Below, one piece after another: positions 38,503-47,092 of a stretch of DNA of 64,000 nt. Position numbers and translations under genes: made by a program. The notes beneath the pieces were generated by a model. That model did not search any database. It worked only from the letters and a program-made list of their open reading frames with translations, and was not told the DNA's origin. How positions within the stretch are numbered: position 1 is the stretch's first letter; the number at the start of each line of letters is the position of its first letter. The stretch is from a candidate division WOR-3 bacterium (GTDB lineage Bacteria; Hydrothermota; Hydrothermia; LBFQ01), in assembly GCA_015492295.1 (NCBI GenBank), contig WGFI01000121.1, forward strand, positions 2,787 to 66,786, read 5' to 3'.

Positions 38503-39748
38503 TTTTAATAGCAGCTTGGATTTTGTGGTTTATGACCCCCTTACGGGTAGAATGTTGGTTGAAGGGATTCCCGTCACTTACCATTGCAATGTGTTTAACC
38601 ACTTTTTTGCGGAAGGTATAAAACTTGCACTTGGTGAGGGGAAAGGTAAGGAAATCATATATCGTTCCTCGGAAATAGCCCATTACCGCCTGTTTCGTAG
38701 AATAAAGGAAAGATACGGATTGAGCGATAAGGAAATCTATACCTTTGGTATGAATTACTTCAAAAGTAGAGGACTGGGCGTTCTTAATGTGGAGGGACGT
38801 GATAAGATATACCTTCTCGCATCCACACATGCCCATACATATTTGAAAGTTTTGAGGTCGTTTTCCAGCGTTCCTATATGTGATGTTGAAAGGGGTTTTG
38901 TGGCCGGTCTTCTTGAGGCTGCACTTGATGTTGAACCGGGAACCATACATGTTGAGGAAACATCGTGCATAGGAAGTGGGGATCCGATATGCAAGATGGA
39001 GGTGCGTATAACCCATGATCGTATAGATACTCCCAATCCCGATTACAGTAAGGTGGTATTTTATCCCGTTGATGGAGCCGAGAAGAGGAAAAATACTATG
39101 GAGAAAATAATGCCTCTGATTCCTGAGCCCGATGACTCCGGTATAATAGCGATAGATTCCGCATTCACAGATATAAAGAAGGTATGGATATCGCAACTTC
39201 CCGGAGAGTACTACGCCTACGCAAACATGAAGGTTGCCGATATATCCGATCCCGAAACGGCGCGCTATACATTAACCTTGGCCGGATTCAACTGCGTTCT
39301 CTTTACATATGTATCAATAGCCCGTAGTCCCATAGGGAACATATTACTTGAGGACGCTGAATCCCAGAAAGATTATTTTGTAAAGCTGGCTGAAATAGGG
39401 AATTATCTGGGTTTTGGCATTTTCAAAGTTGAGGATGTTCATGAGAATGAAGGATGTGAATGCGATATAAGATTGTATAACTTCTATGAAAACAGCTATC
39501 TTGTAGCCCTGAATAGGGAAACGGTATCCTATTTCCTTTTGGGAGCCACACTCGCCCAATCTCTTGCCACTTATTTCTATCGGTATTACGAAAGGGATTC
39601 TCTGGGTCCTGTTAAAAAGATCTTTGAGGAGTTTGATAAAGCGTACGAGAGTATGGATGTAGATATGTCCTTTGATTCTTTGAAGAATGAGCAAAGGGTG
39701 ATTCTAAGTCTCCCCGTTCAAAAGGAAAGACCCCCATCATCCTTATAA
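38483..39748 (+). CDS. uncharacterised protein with V4R-like segment
   Basis: HAHTYLKVL...VERGFVAGLLEAALDV...ETSCIGSGDPICKMEV resembles the V4R/Bet3-like domain signature (GxLEG...ExxCxxxGDxxCxF). Confidence 0.4.
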   Translation: MTMKKVNFNSSLDFVVYDPLTGRMLVEGIPVTYHCNVFNHFFAEGIKLALGEGKGKEIIYRSSEIAHYRLFRRIKERYGLSDKEIYTFGMNYFKSRGLGVLNVEGRDKIYLLASTHAHTYLKVLRSFSSVPICDVERGFVAGLLEAALDVEPGTIHVEETSCIGSGDPICKMEVRITHDRIDTPNPDYSKVVFYPVDGAEKRKNTMEKIMPLIPEPDDSGIIAIDSAFTDIKKVWISQLPGEYYAYANMKVADISDPETARYTLTLAGFNCVLFTYVSIARSPIGNILLEDAESQKDYFVKLAEIGNYLGFGIFKVEDVHENEGCECDIRLYNFYENSYLVALNRETVSYFLLGATLAQSLATYFYRYYERDSLGPVKKIFEEFDKAYESMDVDMSFDSLKNEQRVILSLPVQKERPPSSL

Positions 39749-39755
39749 TACCCTA

Positions 39756-41378
39756 ATGCTCTTCATAGACAGTTTGATGTATCTTGCGGGATTTACAAAT
39801 AGAGATCTCGGTTTTAAGAAAGATCTGTCCTATGAAACCGAATTAAAACCATCGGTGATTATAAATCTTTTAAATAACCCTCTGCGTGCGTTTCACTTCG
39901 TTGATTCTCTATCCAAGGAGTACAGAGAGTTTTCCTATGTGAAAGTCCTGAATCTCGTTTGGTGGGAAAAGTTTAGAAAGATAAAAGTATCAAACCGTAT
40001 GACCTACAAGGATAGCGTAATAGGGCATTTTATTGATGTCCTGCACTGCTACAATTACTTTAAAGATAGGGCATTCTCAAGGTTAAAACCTGAATTCATC
40101 AGTAAAGTTAAAACACCACTTAAAAAGTTATGGGATACGGTTGAAACTTCCGATACGCTTACGAAGGATGAGTATATGAAGTTGGCGAGAACCGTCTTAT
40201 GGAACCATCTTATGAATTCCCTTCTATGCCTCTTGAATGTTGATACATCAAAGGTTCCGAGATTAGAGGATACCGCAACTTACATATACAAAACTTTATA
40301 CGGTGATATAGCAATAGGTGGCGTAGGGAACGATATATATAAAGGGAATTTCGTTGCTATCTTGGATTTTGGTGGCGATGATGTTTATTATGTTGATAGC
40401 GAGGTTCTGATAGTTGATCTTTCCGGAGATGATGTTTATTATGGGAATGTTGGTTCGGGTTTCTTTGGCTCTTCCGCACTTTTTGACTTCAAAGGTGATG
40501 ATAAGTATATGTGCGGCGATATGTCATGCGCAAGCGGTATAATGGGATTCGGTTTCATATACGATGGTGAAGGGAACGACATCTATTACGGTGGTTATCA
40601 TTCCATCGGTGCAGGAACCTTCGGGGGAGGATTCTTGATAGACATGTCAGGCGATGATATATACAAGAGTGTTATTTACGGTCAGGGATTTGCTGGAACC
40701 TATGGCGTGGGTCTTCTTTTGGACGGATCCGGGAATGATGTATATACCATAGGATACGGACCTATACATGAGCCTCTGTATAAAACTCAACGGGAGGGTC
40801 TTGGTCAAGGGTTCAGCATAGGAATGAGGGAGGATTTTGGAGGAGGAATAGGAATACTTATGGATTTTAAAGGGAACGATGTCTATAACGCTGGAACCTA
40901 TGCCCAGGGTGTATCTTACTGGTATTCTTTGGGTATTCTGTACGATGGTGAAGGGGACGATAGATATATATGTACTCAATATTGTCAGGGCGCCGGAATC
41001 CATATATCCGTTGGGTTGCTTATGGATATATCGGGGGATGATATGTATTTTGCATTGAACGGCCCTTCCATAGGTGCGGCGCATGATCTCTCCGTGGGTT
41101 TCCTATACGATTCTCTTGGAAATGATTTCCATTACACCTATGGGGGATTAGGTATGGGATTAACGAATTCAACGGGTATTTTCGTGGATGTTTATGGAGA
41201 TGATAAGTACTATGTTATGCAATGTGATATATCCTTGGGTGGTGCCAATATTAAAAGGGAAATGGGTGGTATAGGTATGTTTGTTGATGCCCATGGGAAG
41301 GATGTTTATGGGTGTGATGTTAAAAATGGTGAAAGGTGGGTGAGGAGGATGTGGGGTATTGGATGGGATGGTGAGTAA
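39756..41378 (+). CDS. tandem-repeat protein with 12 copies of a ~26-aa G(D/N)DxY repeat; predicted beta-solenoid, possibly Ca-binding
   Basis: Repeats FGGDDVYY, LSGDDVYY, FKGDDKYM, GEGNDIYY, MSGDDIYK, GSGNDVYT, FKGNDVYN, GEGDDRYI, ISGDDMYF, SLGNDFHY, VYGDDKYY, AHGKDVYG at regular spacing. ~190-aa helical N-terminal domain. No signal peptide. Confidence 0.5.
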   Translation: MLFIDSLMYLAGFTNRDLGFKKDLSYETELKPSVIINLLNNPLRAFHFVDSLSKEYREFSYVKVLNLVWWEKFRKIKVSNRMTYKDSVIGHFIDVLHCYNYFKDRAFSRLKPEFISKVKTPLKKLWDTVETSDTLTKDEYMKLARTVLWNHLMNSLLCLLNVDTSKVPRLEDTATYIYKTLYGDIAIGGVGNDIYKGNFVAILDFGGDDVYYVDSEVLIVDLSGDDVYYGNVGSGFFGSSALFDFKGDDKYMCGDMSCASGIMGFGFIYDGEGNDIYYGGYHSIGAGTFGGGFLIDMSGDDIYKSVIYGQGFAGTYGVGLLLDGSGNDVYTIGYGPIHEPLYKTQREGLGQGFSIGMREDFGGGIGILMDFKGNDVYNAGTYAQGVSYWYSLGILYDGEGDDRYICTQYCQGAGIHISVGLLMDISGDDMYFALNGPSIGAAHDLSVGFLYDSLGNDFHYTYGGLGMGLTNSTGIFVDVYGDDKYYVMQCDISLGGANIKREMGGIGMFVDAHGKDVYGCDVKNGERWVRRMWGIGWDGE

Positions 41379-41446
41379 TTAAATCTTTTATTTCTGATAG
41401 ATGGGAGCTTTACAAGAAGTTTTTCGGCTTTATGATATTAAGATAA

Positions 41447-41544
41447 GGCGCTGGCAGGCCGTCTAATGTCTGCCCTACCCGTGGGTCGCGGGGAAGTTAA
41501 GCCCGTGGAGTGGGCTTTGCCCACGATGAAGCGGGAAGCCCCTC
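41447..41544. repeat. copy A of conserved noncoding element, with 25-nt GC-rich insertion relative to copy B
   Basis: TCTGCCCTACC at 41469-79. Hairpin GTGGGC-TTT-GCCCAC at 41511-25. GATGAAGC, 12 nt, then ATG of ORF 41545. Confidence 0.4.
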
Positions 41545-41841
41545 ATGAGGAGAAGGCCACAAGGCAGGGAATATATACCTCTTGATCCTTCGCAGCAGGA
41601 TAAGTCGTTAAATCAAATAGCTGAAATAACGATCAAAAAAATCTCATCACTCCAAGATTCGGAAGATTTGAGAAAATCCACTTTTGATGAGGAGAAAAAT
41701 ATTGATGAATCTTTAAACGAGATAGCTGAAACTTTAAAAGATTTGAACTCAAAAGAGGAAGAATTAAGAAAATGTGTGATGATTGGATTTATAATCCTCC
41801 TGCTGGTGTTGTTGCTGTTGTTTATACTATACCATCGTTGA
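41545..41841 (+). CDS. small tail-anchored coiled-coil membrane protein
   Basis: Start ATGAGGAGAAGG lies immediately after conserved element A. C-terminal TM IGFIILLLVLLLLFILY. Confidence 0.35.
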   Translation: MRRRPQGREYIPLDPSQQDKSLNQIAEITIKKISSLQDSEDLRKSTFDEEKNIDESLNEIAETLKDLNSKEEELRKCVMIGFIILLLVLLLLFILYHR

Positions 41842-41873
41842 AAGTGTGCAGTATTATCAATCCCATAACAAGG

Positions 41874-42065
41874 ATGAAAGCGTTGAATGGCCTTAATATC
41901 TTTGCAGTTCCAAAAAGGCATAAAGAACTGATTGACAAAATTCAAAACCCAGACCTAAAAATCATAGCTTATATCCTCCTTTATCAAAACGAAAAACTTG
42001 ACGATATAAGCAAAGATATTGCGGAGATAAAGGATTTAATGGAGAGCGAGGTATGGAATAGGTGA
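41874..42065 (+). CDS. small uncharacterised ORF; the same frame continues protein-like past two stops to 42233
   Basis: ORF track 41772..42065 with an internal Met at 41874. See findings. Confidence 0.2.
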   Translation: MKALNGLNIFAVPKRHKELIDKIQNPDLKIIAYILLYQNEKLDDISKDIAEIKDLMESEVWNR

Positions 42066-42258
42066 GGCCGAAGAACATAAAGAAAATACGCCGATGCAGT
42101 TTATATTTATGAGGATAAAGGCGAGTTAGTCGCCCGTATATCTATAAAAGAGGCGGGTTATGATGTTAATAGGTTTGAGTGGATTTTATCCGTTCCTGGA
42201 GATAAAGGCGGTATTGTTGAGGAAAGGGGTTAATGTAATCCTGCCTTATTGGATTATT

Positions 42259-45200
42259 TTATTCTGACAGTCTTAGATTTATGAGTTTATGCGTAGGATC
42301 AAGCATCACCTTTTCAGGTTTGAAAGTCAAAGGAATTATGAGTTTTCCGAAGCTCTCTCTTATCCTTATTCTCCTCAACTCCTTAACCTTTCCGTCCTTA
42401 TAGAAACCGATCTCAACAACATCGTTGGGTTTCAATTCGTACCTATTACCTACGCTATCATACCGAAACTTCCTAAACTCATACTCTATAAAGGCTTTCC
42501 CGTTTTCCCACCGAAACTTTTTCACACCAAAATCGTAAATGATTATGTCCTCGTACCAACCTTTTATCTGTTCCAAAAGGGTATCAGGGACTATTTCGTA
42601 GAGCATGCTGAGGAAATCCTTTGATGATGGGTAAGGTGAATGTTTATAAGAGTACTTATTCACAAACTCCCTTAGAAGACTATCAAACCTTTCCTTTCCA
42701 ATATAATCGGCGGTTGAATAATTTATCAATCCACCCTTGTTGTAGTGTATATAGGCCTGACCCTCGCTGAGATACAGTGGGGTTTCCTTGTATGTTTCCA
42801 TCTTTCTCCCTTTTAAATACCTGTCTATCTCATGTTTGAGGAACTTTGATGCATCACCGTATATATTTTCCATGACCCTTATACCCGTATATTCGGCGAA
42901 GGATTCGGAGAGGAAATGTATTCCCTTTGAGAATCTTGATATTACCTGATGAGCCCACCATTGATGCCCGACCTCATGGGATGTTACGAAAGTGGCGTAA
43001 TCTATATCCCCTTCTTTTACCTTCGCGAGGAAGCCTATATCCTCCGAAAAGGGTATAAGGGTTGCGAGGGATTGTGCAAATCTTCCAAATCTCGGAAATT
43101 CAACTATACGGAGGGTCTTGTGAGGATACGGTGAAAATCTTTCGGAAAATTTCAAACTCTCCTTCATACCTTTCAGTATTCTCTTTACATTGAAATCATG
43201 GGAAGGAAGGTAATAAATGTACAATTTCACATCGCCATAATTATCGGATACTACGGAGTATTTGCCACTTACAAAGGCGTATATGTGGAGTATCGGTTTC
43301 AAGCTCTTGTATTTAAAGAACCTCCTATTCCCCTCCTCCCAACTTCCGACCAACTCGCCTGGTGCCAAAGCAACCTGATTCGCGGATGTGGATACTACGG
43401 CCTCAAAATTCACCCAATCGGCATCGTTGATCATGGTTATATTTGAGATTCTCGGATCGTCAATATCGGGATATGCATCCTTTGGAGGTAGGCCATACTT
43501 TTTTCTCAAATTCCTGTTTTTAATCTCCCTATCCCGCATATACCCAAAAATGGGATAATTCCCCGACAGAAATGTGCCGTTTTCAAAAACCCCACACCTC
43601 GTATCAAAACCGTCAATTATACCCTTGGGTTCGCACGATATTTTAAACTCCACATAGAATCTATCCCCCGGTTTCAAAGGCTTCACAAATTCGTATATTA
43701 CAACACCCAACTCCTTATCCTTATGAATCTCTTTAACAGGTACGCTAAACCTTATAAATTCAAGTTTTTTATGAGTTTCGCTTTTGGCAGGTATATTCAC
43801 GAACAATCTACTTATGGCACGCGAGATTTTATTTTCTACCCAGAACTTTCCATAGGTATATACGCTTCTCCTCTTGGGATATATATCAACTCTCAGAAAG
43901 ACATCCGTTATCTTTGGCAGGGGCATATATTCGTACTTTGAGTAAAGCTTCTCATATTTTACCCTCATTCTTCTACTTTCCTCCCTTGATAGGAAACGAT
44001 TGAACACATAATGGTTATACCAAAGATATATCCCACTTACTACGAACACTACGAACGAAAGGGCCAAAACGGCCCCGTTTTTAATATTGATGGAGGAAAG
44101 CATCTTTTTGAGTCTCCCTTTAAAACCCGTAAAGTTTTCGGTGTATAAAAGGAAAGCCAAAGTTATGAATATCAAAGATAATCCTCCCCAATATACTCTG
44201 TACGCCAATAAAGTCTTTATGAAATGCCCATAACCGAAAAAGTCCGAATACTCTATGAGGGGATAAAAAGGGAATCGTATTATACTGTATTGGAATATCT
44301 TCGTTTCCAAGTTTGAAATGAACAGAATTCCTAAGAGGTATCCCATAAATAGCATATGCCCTACGAATTTATTCCTTACTATGGAATGAATCAGCAGGGA
44401 TAATGTTGAGAGATACACGATGGTTAAATAAGGTTCCAGCATAAGCCTTTTGATGTACAGGAATATCTCAAACCTGTAATATCCATTTATCGCTTGATAT
44501 ACGACTCCGCATATAATATACACAAAAATCAGAATACCTAAGAAAATCAGCATTCCTATGAACCTACCTAAGAGCAGGTATGGGAACATGGGTGAGGTGC
44601 CCAACATCTCAGAGGTTAGATTATCTTTATCCCTGTTTATGATCTCTCCCGCAATCAGGGTGGTCAGAATCATATAGAACAGAAGAACATTTCCTTGAAT
44701 AACACTTGTAAGTAAAGAGGTCGTGGGATATACGGGTGTATCATAAATGATATTTACACCGTAGAGGTTAGGTATGAGAACGATTATGGAAACAAGGATT
44801 ATACCGAGTATCGCGTAGGATCTCCTCAAATATTTTATCTCAAATAGGGCGGTGTGGATGATGAATTTTAAGATGTTAAAGGAGGGGACATACTTTGGTT
44901 TTTCAAGATAAACCTTAATTTCCTCTTGTACGAGTTTCCTGCCTTTCTCCTCCTTCTCTTTTAAGTTAAAAAACCTATAAGATACGAACAGGATGACAAT
45001 ACCAACGAGAAGCCATAGGATTCTATTGAATGTTATAGACATAGACCAAGGAATACTTTGCGTGTTCAGCTGGGCAGATGTCCAGTATTTTATAGTTTCG
45101 CTGAATGCGGAAAATCCGAAAGGATCAAGATATATTGATAGTTTCTCAAGTTTTAATATACCCATAAGCGTTGATGAAACTATCCATAAGGCGAAGAATA

Positions 45201-45747
45201 ATACACCTCCGAGGTAGGCTATGAACTCCTTTCTGGTTGCGGCGGTGATGCCGAAGAACAAGGATGAGAACAGAAATGTGTTTGGTATTCCGAACTGTAA
45301 TATTGGATTCAGATAGTGATAAAGGTTCATAGGACCGAGTTTTTCCTTATCCACCCAAGGAGCAAAATTGCCAAGAATCTGGCCAATAAGTATGAAAATG
45401 AGTATGGCTAATGAGATTACAAAGCTTCCTACGAGTCTCCCGAAGAAGTATTCGCTTTTCCTTATAGGAGATGTGAATATAAACTCGTAGGTCTTGTCCC
45501 TTATATCCCTATAAGCGGAGTTGGATGCAACATACGAGATTATGAATATGCCGAACATATAGGATACGAGGAAGGAGAAGGTTATCATATAGGGAGAGTT
45601 TTTTAAGATGTTAGTTTCCGAAGCTCCAAGTCTTATAAAGTCGGAAGTTATGAGTAAGAAACCCATAAGAGACAGTATAAAACTTAGAAAATAAAACGCC
45701 CTCGTTTTCAGCCAAAATTTTACCTCAAACAGTATGATACCCAACAT
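42259..45747 (-). CDS. fused ABC-2 family permease / M1 family aminopeptidase
   Basis: ~12 TM helices in the N-terminal 650 aa. C-terminal gluzincin motif VTSHEVGHQWWAH plus downstream E (LSESFAEY), giving HExxH-x18-E of the M1 family. Confidence 0.7.
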   Translation of the reverse strand: MLGIILFEVKFWLKTRAFYFLSFILSLMGFLLITSDFIRLGASETNILKNSPYMITFSFLVSYMFGIFIISYVASNSAYRDIRDKTYEFIFTSPIRKSEYFFGRLVGSFVISLAILIFILIGQILGNFAPWVDKEKLGPMNLYHYLNPILQFGIPNTFLFSSLFFGITAATRKEFIAYLGGVLFFALWIVSSTLMGILKLEKLSIYLDPFGFSAFSETIKYWTSAQLNTQSIPWSMSITFNRILWLLVGIVILFVSYRFFNLKEKEEKGRKLVQEEIKVYLEKPKYVPSFNILKFIIHTALFEIKYLRRSYAILGIILVSIIVLIPNLYGVNIIYDTPVYPTTSLLTSVIQGNVLLFYMILTTLIAGEIINRDKDNLTSEMLGTSPMFPYLLLGRFIGMLIFLGILIFVYIICGVVYQAINGYYRFEIFLYIKRLMLEPYLTIVYLSTLSLLIHSIVRNKFVGHMLFMGYLLGILFISNLETKIFQYSIIRFPFYPLIEYSDFFGYGHFIKTLLAYRVYWGGLSLIFITLAFLLYTENFTGFKGRLKKMLSSINIKNGAVLALSFVVFVVSGIYLWYNHYVFNRFLSREESRRMRVKYEKLYSKYEYMPLPKITDVFLRVDIYPKRRSVYTYGKFWVENKISRAISRLFVNIPAKSETHKKLEFIRFSVPVKEIHKDKELGVVIYEFVKPLKPGDRFYVEFKISCEPKGIIDGFDTRCGVFENGTFLSGNYPIFGYMRDREIKNRNLRKKYGLPPKDAYPDIDDPRISNITMINDADWVNFEAVVSTSANQVALAPGELVGSWEEGNRRFFKYKSLKPILHIYAFVSGKYSVVSDNYGDVKLYIYYLPSHDFNVKRILKGMKESLKFSERFSPYPHKTLRIVEFPRFGRFAQSLATLIPFSEDIGFLAKVKEGDIDYATFVTSHEVGHQWWAHQVISRFSKGIHFLSESFAEYTGIRVMENIYGDASKFLKHEIDRYLKGRKMETYKETPLYLSEGQAYIHYNKGGLINYSTADYIGKERFDSLLREFVNKYSYKHSPYPSSKDFLSMLYEIVPDTLLEQIKGWYEDIIIYDFGVKKFRWENGKAFIEYEFRKFRYDSVGNRYELKPNDVVEIGFYKDGKVKELRRIRIRESFGKLIIPLTFKPEKVMLDPTHKLINLRLSE

Positions 45748-46597
45748 GGTAAAAGTACGCCTCTTCTAAGGAGGGGGCAACTGGCTCCCAGGAATCGCGT
45801 AAAGGTTTATCGCTATACACCGATACGAACATCCTACCTCCTTTTAAATGAACATTAAGGATCCGATAATTCTCTTTTATAGTTTCAATCTCCTCCTTTG
45901 ATATTTCTCTGCGAAATACCTTCCCTTTAAGCGAGGATATTATTTCATCCGGTTTTCCCCTAACTATGATTCTCCCATCTTTTATTATCGCCATATCATC
46001 GCACAGCTCTTCAACATCACCCACTATATGGGTTGATAGTATAACCAACCTATTCTCACCCAGTTCGGATAGAAGATTTAAGAATCTCCTCCTTTCCGCC
46101 GGATCCAATCCTGCCGTTGGTTCATCCACTATTAAAACCTCCGGATTCCCAAGAAGCGCAACCGCTATTCCAAACCTCTGCTTCATCCCTCCCGAAAATT
46201 CCCCGAGTTTCCTTTTTCTATCCTTATAAAGATTTACCCTATCCAAGAGATAATCAACCAATCTTTTTCTCTCTTTTGATGAGGTGAAACCTTTCAAGTA
46301 AGCGAAATGTTCAAGCATTTCATAGGCCGATACATTCTTATAAACCCCAAACTCCTGAGGCAAATATCCGAGAACCCTCTTAAACCTTTCAGGTTCTTTA
46401 AGAATATTTATATCCTTCCATATAACCTCTCCCTTATCAGGTTCAAGTAAGGTCGCTATTATCCGCATTAATGTTGTTTTTCCTGCACCGTTTGGCCCTA
46501 AGAGGCCGAACATACCATAGGAGATTTCAAGGTTTATATTCTCCAAAGCTCTGATACCTCCCGGATATGTCTTTGAAAGACCTTTTACGATCAGCAT
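45725..46597 (-). CDS. ABC transporter ATP-binding protein
   Basis: Walker A GLLGPNGAGKTT. Signature LSGGMKQR. Walker B LIVDEPT. Overlaps the permease start (translational coupling). Confidence 0.85.
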   Translation of the reverse strand: MLIVKGLSKTYPGGIRALENINLEISYGMFGLLGPNGAGKTTLMRIIATLLEPDKGEVIWKDINILKEPERFKRVLGYLPQEFGVYKNVSAYEMLEHFAYLKGFTSSKERKRLVDYLLDRVNLYKDRKRKLGEFSGGMKQRFGIAVALLGNPEVLIVDEPTAGLDPAERRRFLNLLSELGENRLVILSTHIVGDVEELCDDMAIIKDGRIIVRGKPDEIISSLKGKVFRREISKEEIETIKENYRILNVHLKGGRMFVSVYSDKPLRDSWEPVAPSLEEAYFYHVGYHTV

Positions 46598-46669
46598 AAT
46601 GGGATATTCTAAGGGGGAGGTTTTTCAGCTTCCTACAAAGATTTCACCCTTATAATACCTTCTTCATCT

Positions 46670-46742
46670 GGGGCGGTAGCTCAGTTGGGAGAGCGCCTGA
46701 ATGGCATTCAGGAGGTCGGGGGTTCGAATCCCCTCCGCTCCA
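46670..46742 (+). tRNA. tRNA-Ala (anticodon GGC)
   Basis: GGGGCGG acceptor with G3-U70 wobble pair (Ala identity element). Anticodon stem CCUGA/UCAGG, loop AUGGCAU gives GGC. T-arm GGUUCGAAUCC. 73 nt, no encoded CCA. Confidence 0.9.
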
Positions 46743-47019
46743 TTTACAGAAAGCCCTGCATAATAGACTTTGAGCGAAACTGGGTAAAAATTCAAGAGAT
46801 TGGAGAGTGGTTTAGGGTTTTAAGACTTAAACAAATAGATACTATCTGCCATCAATGGAAGCAGGAGAGCTGTTATCAGCCAACTTTAACGACGGTAGGG
46901 AAGTTTGACCAAAAAGACTTCAAAAATTTTGGCAAGGAAATACATTAAGCGGGGTTATTTGGGAAAAAGTGTGGATTTAGGCGAAGTATTGAGCTTGGTC
47001 AAAGAGTTTTTGAGTGTCC

Positions 47020-47092
47020 GATTGAAGTCTGCCCTACCGTAAAGTGGGCTCTGCCCAAGATGAAGCCCTTTATCAAAGATGAGGGGAGGAGG
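47020..47092. repeat. copy B of conserved noncoding element (TCTGCCCTACC ... AGTGGGCTYTGCCCAMGATGAAGC - N12 - ATGAGGRGARGG)
   Basis: Direct comparison with copy A at 41447..41544. Identical 11-mer, 24-mer (2 mismatches) and 12-nt spacing to an ATGAGG start. Confidence 0.4.

Noticed and set aside
41509-41540. Possible small self-cleaving ribozyme (hammerhead or twister-like) within the repeated element because of GATGAAGC/GGGC/GCCC blocks
   Set aside because: The hammerhead core (CUGAUGA ... GAAA) is absent, and I cannot reconstruct a twister consensus with confidence from memory. Left as an unclassified structured element.
46685-46948. 87-aa ORF starting inside tRNA-Ala
   Set aside because: Overlaps the tRNA gene and has no protein-like features. 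The region is treated as noncoding.
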